Shown: positions 9,721-19,388 of the stretch, one piece after another
How positions within the stretch are numbered: the first letter of the stretch is position 1
Layout of the letters: each line of letters opens with the position of its first letter
DNA from: Pseudomonadota bacterium
GTDB lineage: Bacteria; Pseudomonadota; Gammaproteobacteria; JAKAQQ01
NCBI GenBank assembly: GCA_027320085.1
Contig: DAHVLZ010000014.1
Coordinates: 1-62,510, forward strand
Direction: 5' to 3'
Length of the DNA: 62,510 nt
Made by a program: the position numbers and the translations under genes
The notes under the pieces: generated by a model
Seen by the model: the letters and a program-made list of their open reading frames with translations, nothing else
Databases searched by the model: none
What the model was told of the DNA's origin: nothing

Positions 9721-10299
9721 TCAGTGCCAGTACCAGCGGTCGGTGAGGAGCGTCAGGACGCGATGCTCATAGCGGATACCATCCTGCTGGCCGTAGTAGT
9801 TCTGGAGGGCCAGCGCGTAGTCGCCATGGGCCCGGCGGAGATAGTAGTGCAGGATGGCGCACCCGATCCTGAGGTTGGTGCGCATCCGGAACAGGTTGTC
9901 CCCCGGGCGGCCGATTTGGCGGAGCCAGAACGGCATGATTTGCATGAGACCCAGTGCCCCGGTGGAAGAAACCGCAAAGCGGTGGAAGTCGCTTTCCACG
10001 TTGATGATGGCGAGTACCAGTTCGGGGGAGACGTGCGCTTGGGCAGCAGCCGTATGGACGGCGAGTAAGAGCTGGGTGCGCGCGCGCGGATTGGCCACGT
10101 AGGGCTGAAGACGCCGGGACATGACCCTGAGCCAGACCCGGGCCACAATTGGGCTGTGAAACCCGGATCTGTGTTCGGCCATTGCCTTGCGAAGGTATTG
10201 ATCCAGTGCCGGGTCGTGTCGGGGTGCGGGTCCAGCCTGTGCACCACCGGCGAGAAGCGCCAAGGCCAGTCCGCCGTATCGTAGGAAACGGATGGACAT
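9721..10299 (-). CDS. Lytic transglycosylase (SLT domain)
   Basis: Signal peptide; AIINVESDF (catalytic E), GALGLMQIMPFW, NLRIG, ALQNYYG; ATG 10299 directly after proS. Confidence 0.9.
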   Translation of the reverse strand: MSIRFLRYGGLALALLAGGAQAGPAPRHDPALDQYLRKAMAEHRSGFHSPIVARVWLRVMSRRLQPYVANPRARTQLLLAVHTAAAQAHVSPELVLAIINVESDFHRFAVSSTGALGLMQIMPFWLRQIGRPGDNLFRMRTNLRIGCAILHYYLRRAHGDYALALQNYYGQQDGIRYEHRVLTLLTDRWYWH

Positions 10300-10300
10300 C

Positions 10301-11998
10301 TCAGGAGGGGTTGCACATCCTGGCGAGGACGGTATCGCAGGCGTCTTGCGGGCCGAGCAGCTGGGTGGTACGGCTCTTCCGATCCCGCCATTCCACCCGA
10401 CCCTCCGCGAGCCCCCGTTCCGAGACCACGATCCGTTGCGGAATACCGATGAGATCAAGGTCGGCAAACATCGAACCCGGCCGAAGATCCCGGTCGTCTA
10501 ACAGGGTTTGACACCCTTTGGATTCCAGTTCGGTTTCAAGGGCACAGGCGGTCTCCCAGACCCGGGATGAGCTTTTTCCGCCGATGGGTGCGATGGCGAC
10601 CACGAAGGGTGCGAGCGGTTCGGGCCAAGTGATCCCCCATTCGTCGTGGTGCTGCTCGATCGCGGCAGCCACGATGCGGCTGACCCCAATGCCGTAGCAA
10701 CCCATCCACAAAGGCTTCTCGCCGCCAGACTCGTCCTGGAAATAAGCATGGAGGCGCTCGCTGTACTCCGTCCCGAGCTGGAAGATGTGGCCGACCTCGA
10801 TTCCCCGTACGAGCCGTAGTCGACCCGTCCCGTCCGGGCTCGGGTCTCCACTGGCAACAACCCGCAAATCATGGGCTGGTGGCTCCGGACAGTCGCGGCC
10901 CCAGTTCACTCCATGCCAGAGCTGGTCCGGCGCGTTCGCCCAGGCTGAGAAATCGGCGAGGTGAGCCGCCGCATGATCCGCCACGAGTGGGCAGGGCAGG
11001 TCCAGCGGTCCGAGGTGGTTTGCCTCGAGCGGGTAACGTTCGTTCCACTCGACGGGTGAAACCGGTTCCGCGTATCCCAAGACGTGGGCCACCTTGATCG
11101 GATTGAGCACATGACCGGCACAGAGAGCGATGGCGTGGAATTCACCAGCCGGGCTCTTGACGAGTTCGATTCTGATCTGTGGCTCCTCGTCGTTGGCGGA
11201 GGCGGGCCGTCGCGAAGACGGGGAGCCGATCCGGATCTTTTCAAGCGGCCGTTGTGCCGGTGGTCGAGAACCTTGGGGAGATCGGGCTTCGGCCAGTTCC
11301 ACATTCGCCGCATAGGAGCCTCCATCCGAAAGTGCCAGCAGATCCTCTCCGGCGTCGGCCAGCACGTGAAACTCGTGTGAAAAGCGTCCCCCGATTGCAC
11401 CGGAGTCAGCGGCCACCGCACGGGCCTCAAGCCCGAGTCTCTGAAAGATCCGGTGATAGGCGGTATGCATGCGGTCATAGCCCTCCCGGAGGGAAGATTC
11501 CGAGACATGAAAGGAGTAGGCATCCTTCATGACAAATTCACGGGCGCGCATGACCCCGAACCGCGGGCGGATCTCATCGCGGAACTTGGTCTGGATCTGG
11601 TAGAAAGTGAGCGGGAGTTCGCGGTATGAACGGATTTCGCGGCGGGCCAGGTCCGTGATCACCTCTTCGTGGGTGGGACCGAAACAGAAAAGCCGGTGAT
11701 GTCGATCCGTGAGGCGCAGCAGTTCGGGTCCGTACTTGGTCCAGCGATTCGATTCCTGCCAGAGTTCGGCGGGTTGGATGGCCGGCATGAGCAGTTCGAT
11801 GGCACCTGCCCGGTTCATTTCCTCGCGGACGACCTCCTCCACACGGCGCAAGACCCTGAGCCCGAGCGGAAGCCAGGTGTAGATGCCGGCTGCAACCGGA
11901 CGGATCATTCCGGCGCGCAACATGAGACGATGGCTGGCCAGCTCGGCTTCAGCCGGGGTTTCCTTCAGGGTGAAAAGACCAAGGGCACTTGTTCGCAT
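10301..11998 (-). CDS. proS: Prolyl-tRNA synthetase
   Basis: TLKETP..AELASHRLMLRAG, GPTHEE, QTKFRDEIRPRFGVMRAREF, GIEVGHIFQLG, MGCYGIGVSR. Confidence 0.97.
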   Translation of the reverse strand: MRTSALGLFTLKETPAEAELASHRLMLRAGMIRPVAAGIYTWLPLGLRVLRRVEEVVREEMNRAGAIELLMPAIQPAELWQESNRWTKYGPELLRLTDRHHRLFCFGPTHEEVITDLARREIRSYRELPLTFYQIQTKFRDEIRPRFGVMRAREFVMKDAYSFHVSESSLREGYDRMHTAYHRIFQRLGLEARAVAADSGAIGGRFSHEFHVLADAGEDLLALSDGGSYAANVELAEARSPQGSRPPAQRPLEKIRIGSPSSRRPASANDEEPQIRIELVKSPAGEFHAIALCAGHVLNPIKVAHVLGYAEPVSPVEWNERYPLEANHLGPLDLPCPLVADHAAAHLADFSAWANAPDQLWHGVNWGRDCPEPPAHDLRVVASGDPSPDGTGRLRLVRGIEVGHIFQLGTEYSERLHAYFQDESGGEKPLWMGCYGIGVSRIVAAAIEQHHDEWGITWPEPLAPFVVAIAPIGGKSSSRVWETACALETELESKGCQTLLDDRDLRPGSMFADLDLIGIPQRIVVSERGLAEGRVEWRDRKSRTTQLLGPQDACDTVLARMCNPS

Positions 11999-12120
11999 GG
12001 GGAACCGGTGGGGAGGCAAAGATCGGAAAATCGGTTCAATTTAACATGAAGTGGCGTGTGGACCTCCCTGTTCCGGTGCGGAACCGGACCGGATGGAGTC
12101 GTCTGGACTATGATGGAGAC

Positions 12121-12183
12121 ATGGCCATCGTGATTCCGGCAGCCAGGTCAGCTTCCTTCGTGCACCCTGGATGCCGGGGGTGA
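12121..12183 (+). CDS. Candidate ilv leader peptide MAIVIPAARSASFVHPGCRG
   Basis: ATG 6 nt after -10 TATGAT (12109-12114); Ile-Val-Ile at codons 3-5; stop 4 nt before ilvC; hairpin 12134-12179 covers the ilvC RBS. Confidence 0.45.
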   Translation: MAIVIPAARSASFVHPGCRG

Positions 12184-12187
12184 CCGA

Positions 12188-13210
12188 ATGACCCGACCTG
12201 CCAGGCCGCAAGGCAACCGTTCCACCCCGGTGGATACCCCCCCTGGTTTATCTCTGGGTGACCGGGTCGGCATCTTGGGCTATGGCTCACAGGGGCGAGC
12301 CCAAGCTCTGAATTTGCGGGATTCCGGGGCCACCGTCCGGATTGGTTTGCGGGAAGGTTCGGCGAGCCAGGCACACGTCCACCGGGACGGCCTTGAGTCC
12401 AGTTCGCTCGACACGCTGGCCCGCGAGATGGACTGGCTCGCTTTCCTGATCCCTGATGAGGTCCAACCTGCGGTTTATGCCGGGCTCGAACCCCTGCTCA
12501 AGCCCGGCACAGCACTCGTGTTTGCCCACGGTTTCAATATCCATTACCAAAAAATCATTCCCCGGAATGACCTGGATGTGCTCCTCGTGGCACCACTGGC
12601 CGTGGGTGAGAAAGTCCGCGCGTTATATGAGTCAGGAGGGGGGCCGCCTTGTGTCATTGCCTGTGCCCGGGATGTCACCGGCCAGGCGCTTGTGCGTGCA
12701 CATCGCTACGCACAGGCGCTGAACCGCACGCCGGTGCGGGTGTTCAAATCGAGCTTTGCCGAGGAAACGGAGACGGATCTCTTTGCCGAACAGGCGATTC
12801 TCTGCGGGGGACTGAACCACCTGATCGCGGCGGGCTTTGAAACACTCGTGGCGGCCGGCTACCAGCCTGAAATTGCCTACTTCTGTTGCTTGGAGGAGGT
12901 CAAGTACATGGCGGACCTGATTTATGCACGTGGGTTGGCCGGCATGCGTGAAGCCATCTCGACCACCGCCGAGTACGGGGACTACACCCGGGGGCCGCGG
13001 GTCATCGGTGAGGCCACCCGGGTCGCCATGTCCGATCTCCTGGCTGAGATCCGCTCGGGAGCCTTTGCCCGGGAGCTTGAACAGGAACTTCAGAAGGGGG
13101 CAACACGGCTGACCGATTTCCGCCGCCGGGCACATGAACAGGCCATCGAGTCCGTGCGGCATCGCGTGCTGGGCCACACCCCGGAAACAGCGGATCCGGG
13201 AGGAGCCTGA
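12188..13210 (+). CDS. ilvC: Ketol-acid reductoisomerase (class I, divergent)
   Basis: GYGSQG..ALNLRDSG, LIPDE, FAHGFNIH, ETETDLFAEQAILCGG, ISTTAEYG. Confidence 0.9.
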   Translation: MTRPARPQGNRSTPVDTPPGLSLGDRVGILGYGSQGRAQALNLRDSGATVRIGLREGSASQAHVHRDGLESSSLDTLAREMDWLAFLIPDEVQPAVYAGLEPLLKPGTALVFAHGFNIHYQKIIPRNDLDVLLVAPLAVGEKVRALYESGGGPPCVIACARDVTGQALVRAHRYAQALNRTPVRVFKSSFAEETETDLFAEQAILCGGLNHLIAAGFETLVAAGYQPEIAYFCCLEEVKYMADLIYARGLAGMREAISTTAEYGDYTRGPRVIGEATRVAMSDLLAEIRSGAFARELEQELQKGATRLTDFRRRAHEQAIESVRHRVLGHTPETADPGGA

Positions 13211-13212
13211 TC

Positions 13213-14004
13213 ATGGTGGATGCCCCCCTTCCCTCGTCTTCCGGAACGGACCCCAACCTGAGGCGAAAACGCCGGATCTACCTTTTGCCGAACCTGTTAA
13301 CGACGGCCGCGCTCTTCGGCGGGTTCTACGCGATCATCGCCGCCCTCAATGTCCGTTATATCCACGCGGCGGTGGCTATTTTTTTCGCTGCCGTGATGGA
13401 TGGTCTCGATGGACGGGTCGCCCGCTGGACGCGGACGGCCACGGAGTTTGGCAAGGAATATGACAGCCTGTCGGATGTCGTGGCGTTCGGTCTGGCCCCG
13501 GCCATCGTGATGTACCGGTGGGCTTTTGTCCCTTTCCTCCACGAGACCGGAAACGTGGCCCGCTGGGGGTGGCTTGCGGCCTTCTTTTACACCGCGGCGG
13601 CCGCCCTCCGTCTGGCCCGGTTCAACGTCCGCTCCCAGGCGTTGGACAAGCGTTATTTCCAGGGACTGCCCTCTCCGGCGGCGGCCGGGCTCATGGCCAG
13701 TCTGGTCTGGCTGTTGGTGCCCTGGTCGAGCGAGCACTGGACGATGATTCCGGCGTGGCTCGCCACCATGGGATGCGGAGTGCTCATGGTGAGTCCCATT
13801 CCCTATTACAGCTTCAAGGACCTGAGCCTCTCGGAGCATGTCCGCTTCCGCTGGGCGATTGCGATCCCGCTCCTCCTGATCGTCATCGCGATCAGTCCAC
13901 CCAAGATGCTTTTTGCCTTTTTGTTCTGTTATGCCCTGTCCGGACCGGCGGTCGGTCTGTGGCGACGCCTGTTTCGGCGTCGCCGGAGCGGGTTCATTCC
14001 ATGA
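13213..14004 (+). CDS. pssA: CDP-diacylglycerol--serine O-phosphatidyltransferase
   Basis: LLPNLLT, DGLDGRVAR..EFGKEYDSLSDVVAFG, ALRLARFN, FQGLPSP. Confidence 0.93.
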   Translation: MVDAPLPSSSGTDPNLRRKRRIYLLPNLLTTAALFGGFYAIIAALNVRYIHAAVAIFFAAVMDGLDGRVARWTRTATEFGKEYDSLSDVVAFGLAPAIVMYRWAFVPFLHETGNVARWGWLAAFFYTAAAALRLARFNVRSQALDKRYFQGLPSPAAAGLMASLVWLLVPWSSEHWTMIPAWLATMGCGVLMVSPIPYYSFKDLSLSEHVRFRWAIAIPLLLIVIAISPPKMLFAFLFCYALSGPAVGLWRRLFRRRRSGFIP

Positions 14005-14702
14005 GTTCAGGGAAGGAAGTCGAGGTGCTGGATTTTCTGGGTATCCCGGTCTGGGAGCGACGGACCCCCGGGGGTGTGTCCGGAGCCCGCGACGGATCCC
14101 ATGACCGGCCGGAACCTCCGTTGGACCCCGAGACTCTGCCGCCAGTGACAACTCTCGGCTGGGAAGATTTGGCCCGGCGGGTTTCTGGCTGTGAAATGTG
14201 CGGTCTGTGTCGCACCCGTCAGCAGACGGTCTTCGGATCGGGATCCCGGCAGGCGGATTGGATGTTCATTGGGGAAGCGCCGGGAGCAGATGAGGACCGC
14301 GAAGGGCAACCTTTTGTCGGGCGGGCCGGACAACTGCTCACTTCCATAATCGAGGCCATGGGGCTCGAACGGTCAAAGGTCTACATTGCCAATGTGCTCA
14401 AATGCCGCCCGCCGAAAAACCGGGATCCCGAACCCCAGGAAATTGCCTCCTGTCGGCCGTTTTTGGAACGGCAGGTGGACCTGGTAGCCCCTCGGATCCT
14501 GGTTGCGCTGGGCCGGATTGCCGCACAGAGCCTTCTCGGTACCGAGCAGCCGCTCTCCCGCTTGCGTGGCACGGTTCATACGCTGGGCGGGAAGATTCCG
14601 CTGGTCGTCACCTATCATCCGGCCTACCTCCTGCGCAATCCGGTGGCCAAACGGGAGGTTTGGCGGGACCTCTGCCTGGCCTTGGAACAGGCCGGATCCT
14701 AG
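14001..14702 (+). CDS. Uracil-DNA glycosylase family 4 (4Fe-4S)
   Basis: [44 protein letters not shown]; ATGA overlap with pssA. Confidence 0.93.
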   Translation: MSSGKEVEVLDFLGIPVWERRTPGGVSGARDGSHDRPEPPLDPETLPPVTTLGWEDLARRVSGCEMCGLCRTRQQTVFGSGSRQADWMFIGEAPGADEDREGQPFVGRAGQLLTSIIEAMGLERSKVYIANVLKCRPPKNRDPEPQEIASCRPFLERQVDLVAPRILVALGRIAAQSLLGTEQPLSRLRGTVHTLGGKIPLVVTYHPAYLLRNPVAKREVWRDLCLALEQAGS

Positions 14703-14713
14703 GCGGAGGATTA

Positions 14714-15184
14714 ATGGCAGTTGCCGTGCTCCCGCCACGCTCCTTCCACCGGATGAAGGTGCGGGATCTGCCGGAAATCCTCCAGATCGAGCAGTCCGCT
14801 TACCGCCAATGCTGGACCGAACAAATTTTCCGTGATTGCCTGAAAGTGGGTTATGACGGGTGGGTACTCATGGAAGGCCGTGAGATTGTCGGTTACGGGA
14901 TTGTCGCCCTCGCAGTCGGAGAAGCCCATCTGCTCAATCTCTGTGTCTCGCCACCCCATCAGGGCAGGGGATTCGGTCGCGCGCTTCTCGACTATCTCAT
15001 CGATTGGTCGATCCAGTGCGGGGCAGGGGTCATGTTCCTCGAGGTCCGGGTATCGAATACCCGGGCGCAGTCACTGTACCGGAGCTGTGGTTTCAGGCTG
15101 ATCGGCGAACGGCCGGGTTATTATCCGGCCGAGCCTCCCTTGATTCGGGAGGATGCCTGGGTGTTCCGGCTGGATCTGTCCTGA
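14714..15184 (+). CDS. rimI: Ribosomal protein S18 alanine N-acetyltransferase
   Basis: GEAHLLNLCV..QGRGFG, LEVRVSN..AQSLY..GF..R.GYY; GGAGG RBS. Confidence 0.92.
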   Translation: MAVAVLPPRSFHRMKVRDLPEILQIEQSAYRQCWTEQIFRDCLKVGYDGWVLMEGREIVGYGIVALAVGEAHLLNLCVSPPHQGRGFGRALLDYLIDWSIQCGAGVMFLEVRVSNTRAQSLYRSCGFRLIGERPGYYPAEPPLIREDAWVFRLDLS

Positions 15185-15314
15185 GCACACCGGATCCCGG
15201 TGTCGTGACCCCGGTTTCCCGGACTCGGCCTCAGCCGGACGGTACCCGGGAGTCCCCGGCGTCACGGTCCGGGTGGACCCTTTAAAATGGAGCGGACCCC
15301 ACCGGACCGCTCTC

Positions 15315-16897
<1,583 letters not shown>

Positions 16898-16901
<4 letters not shown>

Positions 16902-18217
16902 GTGAAATCGGGCAGGACGGAAATGCGCTGCCGGGAGTTCGCGCTTTGCGCATCCTGCTGAGGCAGGCTGCCGTCCGGCACTGGGTGCTCTATGACTGGG
17001 CGGAGTCCGCGTTTGCCACGACCATCATGGTGGCTTTTTTCCCGGTTCTTTTGACCCATTTCTGGAGTTCGGGCAACCCCGGGAAGGCCCTGTCCCGACT
17101 CGGACTTGCAACCAGTCTCTCCGCTGTCGTGGTCGCGCTGGGAGCGCCGCTCTTGGGTGCCCTGGCCGATCGCGCCGATGCCCGGACACGGGGGCTTGCG
17201 GTCTGTGCCGGGCTGGGCATCCTGTCCACGGCCGCGCTGGATCTGGTGGGCCGTGGCCAGTGGCTGCTGGCGCTCATGATTTTCTCGGTTGCTCTGGTCG
17301 GATATTCCGGCGGCAATGCCTTCTACAACTCGCTCCTTCCGCATCGTTGCCGCCCACAAGAGATGGATCAGGTCTCCTGCACCGGATATGCCGCCGGCTA
17401 TCTCGGAGGCGGTTTGCTGTTTGCCGGAAATATTTTCGTGGTGAGTCACCCTGTGTTTTTTGGCTTGGCGAACCGTCTTGAGGCCCTGCGTTTCGTTTTT
17501 GCGGATGTGGCTGTCTGGTGGACCCTGTTTGCCCTGCCTCTGCTGATCGACAGACGACGATCCTCGAGTCGGCCCCGGACCCGTGGCTCGAGGCTCATTC
17601 AGGATGGCTGGAACCAATTTCGCGCCACGTTCCGGGAGGTTCGGAAACTGCGACAGGTCTCGGTTTTCCTCTTGGCTTACTGGTGTTACATCGATGGTAT
17701 CAATACCATCATCCGGATGGCGGTGAGTTATGGGTTGAGTCTGGGATTTCCCTCCTCGAGCCTCATCGTCGCGATCCTTCTGACCCAGGCGGTGGCCTTT
17801 CCCGCGACATTCGGATTTGCCTGGATCGGGCGGCGCACCTCGGCACTCCGTGCGCTGTCCTGGGGTATCGGGATTTATGTCCTGGCTACCCTGGCGGCGG
17901 TGTTCATGACCAACGTGATTGAGTTTTATGCCTTGGCAGGCGTGATCGGGCTCGTTCAGGGAGGGACTCAGGCGCTGTCCCGATCCCTCTATGCCAGGCT
18001 CATCCCGAGGGAAAAATCGGCTGAGTTTTTCGGCTTTTATGGTACGGTCGGGAAGTTTTCAGCCATTCTCGGCCCCCTGCTCGTGGCGCTCACGGAACGC
18101 TGGAGCGGCAACGCCCGGGTGGCCATCGGCAGCATTGTGGTGCTTTTCGTGGTGGGAGCCTATTTCCTGCACCAGGTTGACTGGCGCGAAGGTGAGGCCC
18201 TGGCGGGCACGCTCTAG
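16898..18217 (+). CDS. MFS transporter (UMF1/Atg22-like)
   Basis: W.LYDWA.SAF.T, LGALADR, FYNSLL, QALSRSLY..LIP..EFFGFY...GK; about 12 TM segments. Confidence 0.88.
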
Positions 18218-19212
18218 GGGTGGCGTGGATTGTGACGGAGAGGGACCGGATTGGCGAGAATCACTTCACGTGCCCCGTTTTCGCGGAGGACATAGCGGGT
18301 CCAGCGGAGATGCATCACCGCGATGCCGTGACCCCAATAGGACGCGGGATAAGCCGGATACCGGCAGACCACGCCGGCGGGGGGTGGCTGACCTCGTCGC
18401 AACGGGACAATATGCCAATCCATGATGAGTTCCGTGGGCAGGCTTCCCGGGGATCGGCTGTTGAATCGCGTGTGTCGAAGGACGCGGATCAAGGACAGGG
18501 TCGCATCCACAAGGGCCGGAGGGCGACCATAGCGGGCGATGGCGAGACGAGTCGGCGGGATATGCCGTTCCCCCTGGCGATCGACTGGCACCTGACCCAA
18601 TCGATTGAGACGAACGACCACCGGGGTTGACAGGACGGGCAGCTCGTCAAGCGCGCGGGGAGGACACACGAAGTGGACGAGGCTGCCCCCTCTCCACAAG
18701 CGGCCGCGGAGCCGACTGGTAATCGACGGGAGGCGCTTGGCTTTGAGGCCATGGGTCGTGAGGGGGACTGCGATGCTGAGACCAAAGGCGAGCCGCCGCC
18801 GGATCATGTGCCATGCGTGCCAGTAGTGCCTGAGCCAGACCCCGCGGGTGAAGAGGAGATCTCCAATCGACCAACATTGAAGCGGGAGCATGCAGGGGCG
18901 GGCACGCGTCCGGACCGCGACGGCCTGCTCGGGTCCAAACGTGAGGCAGGAAGGAGCACGGCAGGTGGGGCGGAGCAGCAGGGCATTGGCCCCAAGCCGT
19001 CGCGCCTGCCGTTCCCAATGGAGGAGCAGGGCCCGTTCCGTGGCCATGCCCTGAACGCGACTGAGATAGCCTTTTTCGCCGAGTGTTCCCAGTCGCTGGG
19101 AGTGAAGTGGCGGGAGCAGCAGAATCGGTAATGATCTTCGCGCCAAGGCCGGCAGGCTGGCCAGCGTCACGGCCAGTCCGCAGAGGATAGCGACCGATCG
19201 GGACGGGTTCAC
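18214..19212 (-). CDS. Hypothetical secreted Arg-rich protein
   Basis: 332 aa filling the gap; GGGAGG RBS before GTG; signal-peptide-like N-terminus; stop shares CTAG with the MFS stop; no family recognised. Confidence 0.55.
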   Translation of the reverse strand: MNPSRSVAILCGLAVTLASLPALARRSLPILLLPPLHSQRLGTLGEKGYLSRVQGMATERALLLHWERQARRLGANALLLRPTCRAPSCLTFGPEQAVAVRTRARPCMLPLQCWSIGDLLFTRGVWLRHYWHAWHMIRRRLAFGLSIAVPLTTHGLKAKRLPSITSRLRGRLWRGGSLVHFVCPPRALDELPVLSTPVVVRLNRLGQVPVDRQGERHIPPTRLAIARYGRPPALVDATLSLIRVLRHTRFNSRSPGSLPTELIMDWHIVPLRRGQPPPAGVVCRYPAYPASYWGHGIAVMHLRWTRYVLRENGAREVILANPVPLRHNPRHP

Positions 19213-19361
19213 GTCGCCTCCCTTTCCGCACTGGAAAGCTGTTCCGATTGGTGGGAAGCTACCACAAAAAAAGGTGCACTGTGCTGGGTTGGCTCACCCA
19301 GGAGAGGGCCATGGGTTCCCGTCGTTTGTGCATGCCGGGGGTCCGGTTTTTGGGCTCGCAT

Positions 19362-19387
19362 CCCAATAAATAATTTTGAGTATTGGG
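19362..19387. terminator. AT-rich hairpin after tgpA
   Basis: CCCAATA-N12-TATTGGG directly after the tgpA stop. Confidence 0.3.
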
Positions 19388-19388
19388 T

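Noticed and set aside
12134-12179. Minus-strand resemblance to SRP RNA (CAGG...GAAGGAAGC)
   Set aside because: Lacks the helix-8 GNRA tetraloop geometry and AGCAG motif, and is too short.
13518-14000. Long N-terminal extensions in the ORF track (udg, rimI, dedA, arnB, pgpA, kinase and others)
   Set aside because: They overlap upstream genes; internal starts with RBS or ATGA coupling fit family lengths.
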